A stretch of DNA of 41,010 nucleotides from a virus. Taxonomy: Duplodnaviria > Caudoviricetes. Both the position numbers and the translations under genes were made by a program. Location of the stretch: the IMG/VR virus record IMGVR_UViG_3300017910_000924, positions 1 to 41,010 of that record, one strand, 5' to 3'. The notes beneath the pieces were generated by a model that was not told the DNA's origin, searched no databases, and saw only the letters and a list, made by a program, of their open reading frames with translations. Below, in pieces: positions 17,284 through 27,900 of this stretch (position 1 is its first letter; each line of letters opens with the position of its first letter).

Positions 17284-17987
17284 CACAGGTAAACGATCAA
17301 TATCTAAAGCACGTGGAAGTTAATAACCCAGAATTGCTTGAGATCCTAGATCAGTATGCAAAACTGCATACGATGGAAGGGTTTAAAGAAAACTGTCATT
17401 TGACTGCAGCACAGCAGCTTCGTCAACGTTCGTACTTCGTTGGTGAGAAGTACATGCAACAAGTTGTAAACCAGGGCCCGAGACATGATGGGTTTCCTGA
17501 GTCTCTAGTTGCATACAACTTTAAGTTGTCAGATAAGTCTCACCAGATGTTCGAACCAAATGCGGACGCGATTTTCAAGCGCGATATGACACATCACCTA
17601 CGTGATCTAAACGACAAGATGATGAACTTCTTGTCTGTCAAGCACAATGCACTCGCAGCAGTATACCCGCCAGGCGGCTTTATTTCTTGGCATAATAATG
17701 CGAATGCGCCAGGCTTTAATCTAATCTTCTCTTACTCAGAAGACGGCTCTGGTTACTTTGATTACATCCATCCAGAGACTAAAGAAGTCATTCGTTGTCA
17801 AGACAAGCCAGGCACTTGGACATGTAAGGCTGCGTACTTTGGTCACTATGACGAACCAGAAAAACTAATGTATCACGCTGCTTCAACCGAAGATTGGCGA
17901 GTTACTGTATCATACGTCTTCGATTGGTCAGAAACGTCTGAAGACTTCCGTGAAATGGTTCTAGAAGACATTTCTGCAGAATATTAA
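17280..17987 (+). CDS. Putative Fe(II)/2-oxoglutarate oxygenase-like (double-stranded beta-helix) protein
   Basis: ATGA overlap with the GT gene; YPPGGFISWHNN...YHAA....RVTVS pattern (H-x-N...H...R, where H-x-D is canonical). Confidence 0.55.
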   Translation: MTQVNDQYLKHVEVNNPELLEILDQYAKLHTMEGFKENCHLTAAQQLRQRSYFVGEKYMQQVVNQGPRHDGFPESLVAYNFKLSDKSHQMFEPNADAIFKRDMTHHLRDLNDKMMNFLSVKHNALAAVYPPGGFISWHNNANAPGFNLIFSYSEDGSGYFDYIHPETKEVIRCQDKPGTWTCKAAYFGHYDEPEKLMYHAASTEDWRVTVSYVFDWSETSEDFREMVLEDISAEY

Positions 17988-18006
17988 TTTCTAATTCCCT
18001 AAGTTG

Positions 18007-18014
18007 TATAAATA
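18007..18014 (+). promoter_or_regulatory. T4-type late promoter
   Basis: Exact TATAAATA, intergenic. Confidence 0.8.
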
Positions 18015-18050
18015 GAGAAAGACGTTTATACACTTAGGGTCTTTACGACG

Positions 18051-18407
18051 ATGGCGCATTACGAAGATTTTACAATTGATCAAGGTGCAGATCTAGCTCT
18101 ACAATTAGAACTAGTGAACCCAGATGGATCAACAAAAGATCTTACAGGGTTTTCAGCTGCAGCTAAAATGAAAAAAAACTTCAATAGCCTTGCAGCTGAT
18201 ACTGTTGATTTTACTGCTGCTGTCAATGAACCCCCAACCAGTGGTATAGTTACATTATCCCTTACCAATCTTCAGACTGACGAACTATCCACACGCGGTC
18301 GTTATGTTTATGATGTTGAAATCAATTATACCGATAGTGATGGCAACAATATCATAGAGAGAGTACTAGAAGGTAAAATAAAAGTAAACCCTTCAGTGAC
18401 AAGGTAA
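18051..18407 (+). CDS. Virion structural protein (BppU-N-like beta-sandwich)
   Basis: IDQGAD......DLTG.SA.A.MKK...G.V.LSL...QT..L...RYVYDVEI....RVLEG.I.V.P.VT motif common in T4-like marine phages. Confidence 0.65.
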   Translation: MAHYEDFTIDQGADLALQLELVNPDGSTKDLTGFSAAAKMKKNFNSLAADTVDFTAAVNEPPTSGIVTLSLTNLQTDELSTRGRYVYDVEINYTDSDGNNIIERVLEGKIKVNPSVTR

Positions 18408-18411
18408 TAAT

Positions 18412-19287
18412 ATGCCTATACGGAAGGTTTCTACATCCGGACCAGATACACTTGTCAAAAAGATTGGTGGTATTCGTACCGGAACAACTAAAGTACGAAG
18501 AATTACAGTCGGCCGACCTGTAAGCGGTATTGTACAAAATATCTCTTCAAATATTAAAACATTTGATGGTCTTGGCGATGTCCCAGGCATCGAAGAGTTA
18601 AGGTTAGGCGAGATTGGTATTAATACCCAAGATGGTAAATTATACATCAAAAGGGCATATGACGGTGTAGAAACAATCGTCGAGATTGGTGCAGGTGGTT
18701 CCGGAAACTTATCTGCAACAACTACATTTAATGCTTACATTTATACGTCAGACGGAACGTTAGAAACAATTACAGGTGCGGATGACACAGGTAATGTATT
18801 ACAATATGATCCGGACCCAAATACTCCGTCAAGAATTCAGGTATATTTGAACGGTGTCTTACTTCATCAAGGAATAGACTACGTTGCAAATGATGGAGAG
18901 AGCATAACTTTAACACACGTTGTCGGTGAAGAGCAAGTCGTTCAAGTAGCCGCATACAACTCTACTGGTGTTTCTCTTAATAATGACCTAATATTAGATG
19001 ATCACTTTTCATTGACATTAGGTACAAACGAGGAAACTAGATTTTATCATAACGGTACTGATACTATTATTAAGCATATGGGTTTTAATGATAGTCAGTT
19101 TAAGATGCAATATCTAAGTGATGATAGATTTATTATGGATGATACAGGTGTCCAGTTACTGGGACAATACAAACTTAACGGCGAGAATGTCGCCAGCCAG
19201 TCTGACATCGATCAGATTAATACTAGACTTAACGCTTTGGATAGTGATATTCAAGAAATAAAGTCTATTTTATCACAATTAAATTAG
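18412..19287 (+). CDS. Virion structural / fibre-associated protein
   Basis: LGEIGINT.DGKLY fibre motif; QVYLNGVLL..G.DY beta domain; short C-terminal coiled coil. Confidence 0.55.
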   Translation: MPIRKVSTSGPDTLVKKIGGIRTGTTKVRRITVGRPVSGIVQNISSNIKTFDGLGDVPGIEELRLGEIGINTQDGKLYIKRAYDGVETIVEIGAGGSGNLSATTTFNAYIYTSDGTLETITGADDTGNVLQYDPDPNTPSRIQVYLNGVLLHQGIDYVANDGESITLTHVVGEEQVVQVAAYNSTGVSLNNDLILDDHFSLTLGTNEETRFYHNGTDTIIKHMGFNDSQFKMQYLSDDRFIMDDTGVQLLGQYKLNGENVASQSDIDQINTRLNALDSDIQEIKSILSQLN

Positions 19288-19317
19288 AATTAGTTGTTCG
19301 GTTAAACTCGTTTTTAA

Positions 19318-19325
19318 TATAAATA
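19318..19325 (+). promoter_or_regulatory. T4-type late promoter
   Basis: Exact TATAAATA, intergenic. Confidence 0.8.
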
Positions 19326-19361
19326 AAAACAGTATATTAACCATCCTTAGTATTCCACGAT

Positions 19362-19721
19362 ATGATCAATAATAAGTCCTTTAACAGGGTACTTGCGGAA
19401 AGTCTATTCAACCTTGCAAAACAAAAGCAAGAAGAAGTTTCGGCAGTCCCAGGCCAAGAAACTGCGTTATTCGATTATATCGAGGGTACCTCTTCATCAA
19501 CGAATGATCGAACTGTAATCCCAGAGGCACAATCGATCATTGCCCCTGGCGATACTGCAGTATTCACTTTGAACGGTACCCCATCTCGTGATGACTTAAT
19601 TGATGTATGGGTGAACGATGTTCTTCAGCATCCTGAAGAGATCTATGAAACCATTGACGATACTATTCAGTTTTTTGAGATCCCTCCGCAAGGAACGGAC
19701 ATCTACATTAAATTTCGTTAG
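19362..19721 (+). CDS. Small virion structural protein
   Basis: GD..VFTL......DVWVNDVLQ.P...Y......IQF...P..G domain, related to the C-terminal domain of the next gene. Confidence 0.55.
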   Translation: MINNKSFNRVLAESLFNLAKQKQEEVSAVPGQETALFDYIEGTSSSTNDRTVIPEAQSIIAPGDTAVFTLNGTPSRDDLIDVWVNDVLQHPEEIYETIDDTIQFFEIPPQGTDIYIKFR

Positions 19722-19772
19722 TATATTATTTAAACGTTTAATTCCAATAACACTAACTAGGAGATTACCCTA

Positions 19773-22700
19773 ATGGCATTTAGGCAGATTAAATCCCCAG
19801 CATTAGCCGACAAAGCGGTCATCAATACCAAGCTTGACGAAAGCGCGGTACAAGGACAAGCAGAACTACAGGGAATGGTAAACCCTTCAGAATGTTTTAC
19901 TCTTTTGTATGACGTAAGTTCTGACTCGCTAAAGAAAATCGGTGCTGATGATTTCTTCGCTTCTTTCTCTACAGACGATCTAAGCGAAGGGTCAAACCTT
20001 TACTTCACAGACGCTCGTGCAAAGACTGCTGTTGCTCAAGACATCGCTGACGCGGTTGCAACAGAGACATCTCGTGCACAAGCTGCTGAGACTCTACTAC
20101 AACAAAACATCGACGCAGAAGCAGCGACACGTCTTGCTGCTGACAACGCATTACAAGCTGACATCGACGCAGAAGTTGTTCGTGCAACTGCACGTGAAAA
20201 TGCAATTGAACTTGCATTCCAAACTGCAGACTCTGCTCTAACAACTCGTATCGACAACATCGTAAGCAACACTGATCCAGCTGCATTGGATTCACTTGCT
20301 GAGATCGTTACTGCATTCCAAGACGCAGATGACGTTCTAACTGCATCGACAATCGCTAACTCAACTGCAATCTCTAACGAGGTTACACGTGCAACTACTG
20401 CAGAAGCTGATCTACAAACACAGATCACTGCAGAGGTTTCTGCTCGTACTGCAGGTGATACTGCTCTAACTAACGCATTGTCTGCGGAAGAAGCGGCACG
20501 TATCGCAGGCGATAACTCGCTAGACGCACGTTTGACTACAGAAGAAGGTAATGTAGATGATCTACAATCAGACCTTGCTGATGAAATCACACGCGCAACA
20601 TCTGCAGAAGCAGTTCTAACTCAAGATCTTGCTGACGAAGTTACTCGTGCAACAACAGCAGAAGCTGCGAACGCACAGTCAATCCAAGACGAAATCTCTG
20701 CACGTGCTATTGCTGACACTGCTGTCCGCACAGACATGACTGCATTGATCAATTCTGGTGACGCGACAACTCTACAGTCAGCGAAGGATCACGATGATCT
20801 ATTGATCGGTGACGCAACTGTTGACGGTACTACTGGCAACACTGTAACTGACCGCATCGCAACTGCTAAAGCAGAAGCAATCGCAGACGCAGACGCAGAT
20901 GTTGCGGCAGAGCAGGCTGCTCGCGAGGCTGCAGATTCTGACCTACAAGCAGGTCTAGATGCAGAAATCGCTCGTGCAACTGCTGCAGAATCAACAATCG
21001 CTACTGACCTAGCAAACGAAGTAATTCGTGCGACAGGTGTTGAAGCGGGTCTACGTACAGACGTTGATGCTGTTCAGTCACAAGTTACAGATATCTTGGG
21101 TGCATCCCCAGAAACTCTAGATACACTAGAAGAGATCGTTGCAGCGTTCCAAGACGCAGATTCAGACATCTCTGCATTAGTATCTTCAAACACTACAGCA
21201 ATCGCAACTGAAGCATCTACACGCGCAGCTGCGGACACTGCACTACAAAACAACATTGACGCGGAAGCGGCGACTCGTGGTACTGCAGATGCTGGTCTAC
21301 AAACTCAGATCGATAACATCGAACTAGACTATGTTGCACGTGACTCAGACGTTCTTGCAGCTGCTAAGGCTCACACAGACGTTGAAGCAGACGCGCACCA
21401 GGCTGTTGCAATTGCACACGCTGATGCACAAGACACTGCTCTAATCGGTGACGCAACAGTAGATGGTACTGCAGGTAACACTATCACTGCACGTATCGCA
21501 ACTGCTAAGACAGAAGCAAATGACTTCACTACTGCGCAACTTGCAACTGAAACAGCTGCACGTATCGCTGCGGACGACGCACTTTCTCTACGCACTACTG
21601 CACTAGAAGGTGAGATGGACGTTGTTGAAGCATTGGCTGCTCAGAACGAGACAGACATCCGTGCAGAAGAAGTTGCACGTGCTACTGGTGATTCGACTCT
21701 ACAGTCTAACATCGACTCAGAAGCAACTGCTCGTGCAAACGCAGACACAGTTCTACAGAACAACATCGACGCAGAAACTCTTGCTCGTTCAGGTGCTGAC
21801 TCAGATCTATCTGCATCAATTGCGGCTGAGATCTCTCGTGCAACTGGCATCGAAGCAGGTCTACGTACAGATGTTAACACAAACACTGCAAGCATTGCAA
21901 CTAACGCAACTAACTTGGCGAACGAAGTAACACGTGCACAAGCTGCAGAAGCGGCAAACGCACAGTCTATCGCTGACGAAGTTACTCGTGCAACTGCTGC
22001 AGAAGCAACTCTACAGACTGCAATCGACACAGAGAAGGCACGTGCCGAAGGTGTTGAGGCAGGTCTACGTACAGACGTTGATGCAAACACTGCAGACATC
22101 GCAGGTCTAGATTCAGATCTATCTGCGGAAATCACTCGCGCTACAGCTGCTGAACTAACCCTAACTCAAGATCTAGCGGCAGAGGTAACTCGCGCAACTG
22201 GTATCGAGTCAGGTCTACGTACAGACGTTGACGCAGTAACTACACGTGTTGACAACATCATCGGTACTTCACCAGAGACTCTAGACACTCTACAAGAAAT
22301 CGTTGCTGCATTCGAAGACGCAGACTCAGACCTACAAGCAGTTATCTCTGCTAACTCTGGTCGTTTGACTGTTAACGAAGGCGATATCGATGCACTAGAA
22401 ATTCGCGCAACTGACCTTGAGTCACGTGCAACTCTAGTCGAAGGTCGTGCAACTGCACTTGAGACAGAGCAATCTGCTCAGGGTGGACGCTTGACTGTCA
22501 ACGAAGGTGATATCGACGCACTAGAAGCGAAGGTTGGTACTACAACTCTAGCGACTGTTGCAACTACAACTACTGGTGCTATCAACGAACTACATGCTGA
22601 ACTAGACGGAGAAGTGGCTAAGGTTGCAACTCTTGAGTCAGAGATGGATGCAGTCGAAGGTCGTGCCACTATTCTAGAAGATCGCGTTGACGGTATCGAT

Positions 22701-24827
22701 TCTGATCAGGTTGTTCAGAATACTCGTCTAACTACTAACGAAGCAGACATCGACGCTCTAGAAGCTAAAGTCGGTGACGCAAGTGTTTCTCTAGACACAG
22801 TTGCACAAACTCTAGTTGGTGGTATCAACGAAGTACACGGTGAACTAGACGCAGCAGTTGCTCGTATCGACGGTCATGATTCAGACGTATCTTCACTACA
22901 GACTCAAATCACTGCGGAAGTTACTCGCGCTACTGGCGAAGAAACACTTATCCGTTCTGAGTTTGCAGCTGCAGACGTTGTTGTTACTAATGCATACATC
23001 GCAGCAGACGCAGTTGTTACTGCAAACGCGGCGGCAGATGCTACATCTAAGGCAAACAATGCAGAAGCGGCAGCTAAAACTCACGCCGATAACGTTGTTG
23101 CTGCAGAAGCGACTCTACGTGAAAACGCAGACGACGTACTAGACGCGAAGATCGATACAGAGATCAACGCACGTCAAGTTGCTGATAACGCACTAGACAC
23201 ACGCGTAATTGTTGTTGAGACAGAACTGACTGCAACTCAAACTGCAGCTGGTTTCAACGCAGACGGTACTTACGCACAGCCATCAGGCACAAACTACATC
23301 GATCTATCTACATCTCTAGCAGATGCAGACGCGAAGTTGGATGCAGCTATTAAAGCAGTTGACAACAGTCGTTCAACTGTAGAGGCATCTCTACAGGCAC
23401 AGATCGATGCAGAAGAAGCTGCTCGTATCGCTGGTGATTCAGATCTAACTGCATCCCTAGCGGCAGAGGTTGCACGTGCAACAGCTGCAGAGCAAGCAAA
23501 CGCTACAAACATCGCAACAAACGCAACAGCAATCGCTACTGAATCTTCACGTGCACAGGGCGTTGAGTCATCTCTACAATCACAGATTGACTTCATCACT
23601 TCTAACACTGATTCAGCTGCACTAGACTCACTAACAGAAATCGTCACTGCATTCCAGTCAGCAGACGGTACTATGCAGGGTCTAATCACTCAGAACCAGC
23701 AGGATATTTCTACTAACGCAACTGCAATCGCTGCAGAAGCAGTCACTCGTGCAGCACAAGATGCATCGATTCGTGCAGAGTTTGCTGCAGTTGATACTGC
23801 ACTACAGACTCAGATCAATGGTAAGGTATCTAAGTCTGGCGATACTATGTCTGGTGTCCTTAACATGGGCAACAACAAGATCGTTGACGTTGCAAACGGT
23901 GTTAACACTAAGGACGCAGTAAACAAAGGTCAGTTGGATGCAGGTCTTGCTGCACAGCACATCTCACAGTTTACTACGGACGACCTAACAGAAGGTTCAA
24001 ACCTATACTACACAGACGCACGTTCACGCGCTGCATTCTCTGTCACAGACGTAGACGGTGAAGGTGACGTATCGTACGATAGCGCAACTGGTGTTCTATC
24101 AGTATCAACTGGTAAGGCATTCGTTGAGTTGGAAGACGTTACTGATTCATCTCTAGGTACTGATAAGGCAGGTTTCGTTGCACGTGTACGTACAGACGGA
24201 ACTGGTATTGAGCTTGTTGATCCAGCACAGTTACAGTTTAATGACGCACAACGTCAGACACTAAACGGTGACGGTGCGCAGACTGTATTTGCACTAAACT
24301 TCGAAGTTGTGGAAGCTAACGCATTCGTATTCGTAGGTGGTGTAATTCAGGATCCATCAACTCACTACTCTATCGACTCAGCTAACCAGCAGATCACATT
24401 TACTTCTGCTATCCCAGTTGGTACACAGGCGGTCATCATCGCTCAGTCTACTAACTCAGTTGGTGTCCTAGATCCTAAGTCTGTTGGTGTTGAAACATTT
24501 GCTGACAACATCAAGCCAGCAGTACAGAGCAACGACGTACTAGTCGGCACATCTGCTACTGTAGTGTCTTCATTCAACGCTTCTACAACTCGCGCTGCGA
24601 AGTTCATCGTAACTGTTGATCTAAACGGCGAGCACGAAGTACGTGAGTGTATGGTTGTCCACGATGGAACTACTGCATACATCAACGAGTTCGGTATTGT
24701 ATTCACTGGTGCAGCTGTACTAGGTGATACCGACGTACAAATGTCTGCTGGCTCCGTTGAACTAACGTACACTGCAGTATCTGCAGGTGCGGTAGTCAAG
24801 GTTGTCAAGACTAGCGTTGACGTATAA
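19773..24827 (+). CDS. Long coiled-coil fibre protein (1684 aa)
   Basis: Repeats E..RA.AAE..L...I.AE; recurring LD[ST]L.EIV.AF..AD; YadA-neck-like NKIVDVANG...DAVNKGQL; SD ggag. Confidence 0.75.
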   Translation: MAFRQIKSPALADKAVINTKLDESAVQGQAELQGMVNPSECFTLLYDVSSDSLKKIGADDFFASFSTDDLSEGSNLYFTDARAKTAVAQDIADAVATETSRAQAAETLLQQNIDAEAATRLAADNALQADIDAEVVRATARENAIELAFQTADSALTTRIDNIVSNTDPAALDSLAEIVTAFQDADDVLTASTIANSTAISNEVTRATTAEADLQTQITAEVSARTAGDTALTNALSAEEAARIAGDNSLDARLTTEEGNVDDLQSDLADEITRATSAEAVLTQDLADEVTRATTAEAANAQSIQDEISARAIADTAVRTDMTALINSGDATTLQSAKDHDDLLIGDATVDGTTGNTVTDRIATAKAEAIADADADVAAEQAAREAADSDLQAGLDAEIARATAAESTIATDLANEVIRATGVEAGLRTDVDAVQSQVTDILGASPETLDTLEEIVAAFQDADSDISALVSSNTTAIATEASTRAAADTALQNNIDAEAATRGTADAGLQTQIDNIELDYVARDSDVLAAAKAHTDVEADAHQAVAIAHADAQDTALIGDATVDGTAGNTITARIATAKTEANDFTTAQLATETAARIAADDALSLRTTALEGEMDVVEALAAQNETDIRAEEVARATGDSTLQSNIDSEATARANADTVLQNNIDAETLARSGADSDLSASIAAEISRATGIEAGLRTDVNTNTASIATNATNLANEVTRAQAAEAANAQSIADEVTRATAAEATLQTAIDTEKARAEGVEAGLRTDVDANTADIAGLDSDLSAEITRATAAELTLTQDLAAEVTRATGIESGLRTDVDAVTTRVDNIIGTSPETLDTLQEIVAAFEDADSDLQAVISANSGRLTVNEGDIDALEIRATDLESRATLVEGRATALETEQSAQGGRLTVNEGDIDALEAKVGTTTLATVATTTTGAINELHAELDGEVAKVATLESEMDAVEGRATILEDRVDGIDSDQVVQNTRLTTNEADIDALEAKVGDASVSLDTVAQTLVGGINEVHGELDAAVARIDGHDSDVSSLQTQITAEVTRATGEETLIRSEFAAADVVVTNAYIAADAVVTANAAADATSKANNAEAAAKTHADNVVAAEATLRENADDVLDAKIDTEINARQVADNALDTRVIVVETELTATQTAAGFNADGTYAQPSGTNYIDLSTSLADADAKLDAAIKAVDNSRSTVEASLQAQIDAEEAARIAGDSDLTASLAAEVARATAAEQANATNIATNATAIATESSRAQGVESSLQSQIDFITSNTDSAALDSLTEIVTAFQSADGTMQGLITQNQQDISTNATAIAAEAVTRAAQDASIRAEFAAVDTALQTQINGKVSKSGDTMSGVLNMGNNKIVDVANGVNTKDAVNKGQLDAGLAAQHISQFTTDDLTEGSNLYYTDARSRAAFSVTDVDGEGDVSYDSATGVLSVSTGKAFVELEDVTDSSLGTDKAGFVARVRTDGTGIELVDPAQLQFNDAQRQTLNGDGAQTVFALNFEVVEANAFVFVGGVIQDPSTHYSIDSANQQITFTSAIPVGTQAVIIAQSTNSVGVLDPKSVGVETFADNIKPAVQSNDVLVGTSATVVSSFNASTTRAAKFIVTVDLNGEHEVRECMVVHDGTTAYINEFGIVFTGAAVLGDTDVQMSAGSVELTYTAVSAGAVVKVVKTSVDV

Positions 24828-24849
24828 GAACTTAACTTAAATCATAATC

Positions 24850-24879
24850 GGGGGGAGAATCAGTCTCCCCCCATCTTTC
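24850..24879 (+). terminator. Stem-loop / weak terminator
   Basis: ggggggaga-atcag-tctcccccc 9-bp stem with a poor U-tract (atcttt). Confidence 0.5.
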
Positions 24880-24905
24880 AAAGTTTTTCCAAAAGGTAAA
24901 CAAAC

Positions 24906-27900
24906 ATGAGTACAAATAAAAAGTTCAGAGTACAGAACGGACTCGATGTTACTGGTGAGGTAACAGTCGGTGGCGTTACTGTAATTAATGCTGACGGTAC
25001 CGTTGTTTCCGATGTAAGTGATCAGTTAGTCCCGCTTCAGTCAGATGTTGCGGCATTACAGGCTTCAGTTCAAAATATTATCGGTACGTCACCAGAAACT
25101 CTTGATACACTTCAAGAGATTGTCGCAGCCTATGAGGGTGCGGATTCAGATTTACAATTATTAATTGCAACAGCAGTTGCAACAGGTACAGCAAATGCAA
25201 CAGCAATTGCTGCTAACACATCGTCAGTTTCAGTTCTAGACGCATTTGTTGGTGAAGGTAATACGGAAACACCAAACTTTCAATCAGAAATACTAAGATC
25301 AGATTGGACCGCTATTGCTGCGGGTGAATCCAATTATGAATCATCTGGCGGCATGAACCATTCGTTCTTTGAGACTATTACTAAAACAGGAACTCACTCG
25401 TTCCGCATGTTGAATGCTGATGGTGGCGGTGACCTTGCAAGATTTGATATTGACACTAGCAGTTTAGTAGTAGGTACACAATACAACCTAGAGGCGACTC
25501 TGGTTCCTGTAGATGCGCGTGGTTATGGTGGTTCTCTAAAGATCCAAAGAAAGTCAACTGGTAGTCAGGTAGGTAGTGTATACTTCCCTGAAACAGGTGG
25601 TTTTGTCAACAACGGAGGCGATTTTACTTTCCAGAGCGGTATGGAAAATGATCTGGAAGTAGTTTATCGAAACGATGTTAACTCTGCAACTTGGGATCTT
25701 AATGACATCGCATTGCGAGAGGTTGGCGCGACTGTCAGTGCACTGGACACAACTGCTCAAACGCTAGCGGAAGCAATTAATGAATTGCACACTGAAGTTC
25801 TAACACTTAGCGGTGCAGACACTTCCTTAACAGATTCAATTTCAGCAAATACTACTGCAATCTCTAACGAGGTAACTCGTGCGACTGCTGCAGAACAAGC
25901 AAACACCGACGCAATCGTAGTTGAAGCAGCTGCTCGTGCGGCCGCTGACTCAGATCTTTCTGCAAGTATTTCTGCAATCTCATCTGGTGTCAACACTGGT
26001 GACCTAACAGTTACTGGTTCAGCAACATTCGAGAGTGGAATCAACGTTGGTTCTAACGGTGGTTCAATCGGTTACGACGACACATCTGAAGACATCCAAA
26101 TGATGTCAGACGTAGATATGTCTGGTAACTTGATCCACAATCTAGGTGCTCCAGTATCTGCTACAGACGCTGCATCTAAGTCATATGTTGACGGTCGTAT
26201 CAGCGCTGTTATCGGTGGTTCGGTTGAGTCTCTAGACACAATCAAAGAAGTTGTTGACGCGTTCGAAGGTGCAGACAGTGATTTGCAATCTTTGATCACT
26301 GCAAACTCTACATCTGTATCTGCTAACACTACAGCGATCGCTGCAGAGACTACTCGTGCACAAGGTGTCGAGGCGTCACTACAGTCACAGATCACTGCGG
26401 CTGCTGATACTTCAGGTCTAGAAGCTGACATACAAGCAAACGAAACTGCAATCGCAACACTAGACGCATTTGTTGGTGAAGGTAACACTGAAGCACCTAA
26501 TTATCTACCAGCAATAGCATCTAACGGATCTTCTTACCTAGGCAATGTCGGTCCATCTGCTACGCTTACTGGGGTTGGTACACATGGTGTTAATATTGTC
26601 CAATCTAATAACAGTTCCTTCTCAGCTGCTGGTTCATATACGTTATCAGGACTAACTGCTGGAACAGAATACAGGTTTGATGTAGATGTGACTGCAGTGA
26701 ATGCAGGGAATGGCTTGGGTGCTGATGGGATTAATCTTTACATCAATGACGGAAGCAGCAATTCTGTTGGTGGACCAACTACTCTAGAAATGCTTGGCGT
26801 TTCTAAGTTTGGTGGTCCAGAGCATCAGTACTTTACACCTACTAGCGATACCGTTACTATTGTTTTCTACGCGCAGAATACAAATTGTGAATGGACTATT
26901 GAAAACATGTCTATCACAATAGAAGGAGATTCTCCTGTTGCGCTAGACACCACTGCTCAGACTGTTGCAGGTGCGGTTAACGAACTTGCTGCTGCTGTAG
27001 CAGATACTTCAAGTATCACTGCTGCATTCCAAGCTGCAGATTCAGACGTTACTGCTGCATTCACAGCAGCAGATGCGGCGATCACTACTGCATTCCAAGC
27101 TGCAGATGCGTCTTTACAGGCACAGATTAGTGCAGGTTCATTTGATGGTTCTGCTATCGATCAGAATCTAGTTCCGTCTGTAACTGATACGTACAGTCTT
27201 GGTACAGCTGATAAGGTCTGGAAAGATCTTTACATTGGCCCAGGATCTCTATACCTAAATGGTACTAAGATTCTTGAGGATGATTCTGGTACAATTACCA
27301 TGAATGCAGACGCAGGTCAAAATCTATCGTTCGGTGCAACCGGCGGTGGTTCGATCGATTTGAATGCAGGTACCGAAAGCATCCAAATGAAGTCAGACAT
27401 GGTCATGTCTGTTGGTAAGACTATCACAACTGTTGGTGGCGCTGCTACTAAGTTTGGTGGTCCAGTTGACATGCAAGCTTCTAAGATAGAAAATCTTGGT
27501 GTTCCAACTTCAGACACAGATGCAGCAACTAAGTCGTATGTAGATACTGCAGTTTCATCAAGCACAGTCTCTGGTGACCGTACATTCGACGCTAATGTTA
27601 TCGTTGAAGGTAACCTAACTGTTTCAGGCACAACTACTACTGTAAACAGTGAAACTATCTCATTAGCAGATAACATTATTGATCTAAACTCAAACCTAAC
27701 TAGCGGAACTCCATCAGAGCACGCTGGTATCCGCGTCCTACGTGGAGACGAATCTGCAGTACAGGTTCGTTGGAATGAGACTTCAGATCACTGGGAAGTA
27801 TATAACGGATCTACATGGACCAAGATCGCACTAGATACAGATGATCTTGCTGAAGGTTCAACTAACCTATACTTTACAGATGCTCGTGCACGTGGTTGTG

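Noticed and set aside
19773-24827. Calling this gene wac (fibritin) or tape measure
   Set aside because: No foldon motif, and it has fibre-type motifs; position alone is not enough.
20005-27676. Minus-strand and alternative-frame ORFs here and elsewhere in the track
   Set aside because: They are shadows of biased-codon + strand genes, with no SD, promoter or recognisable motifs.
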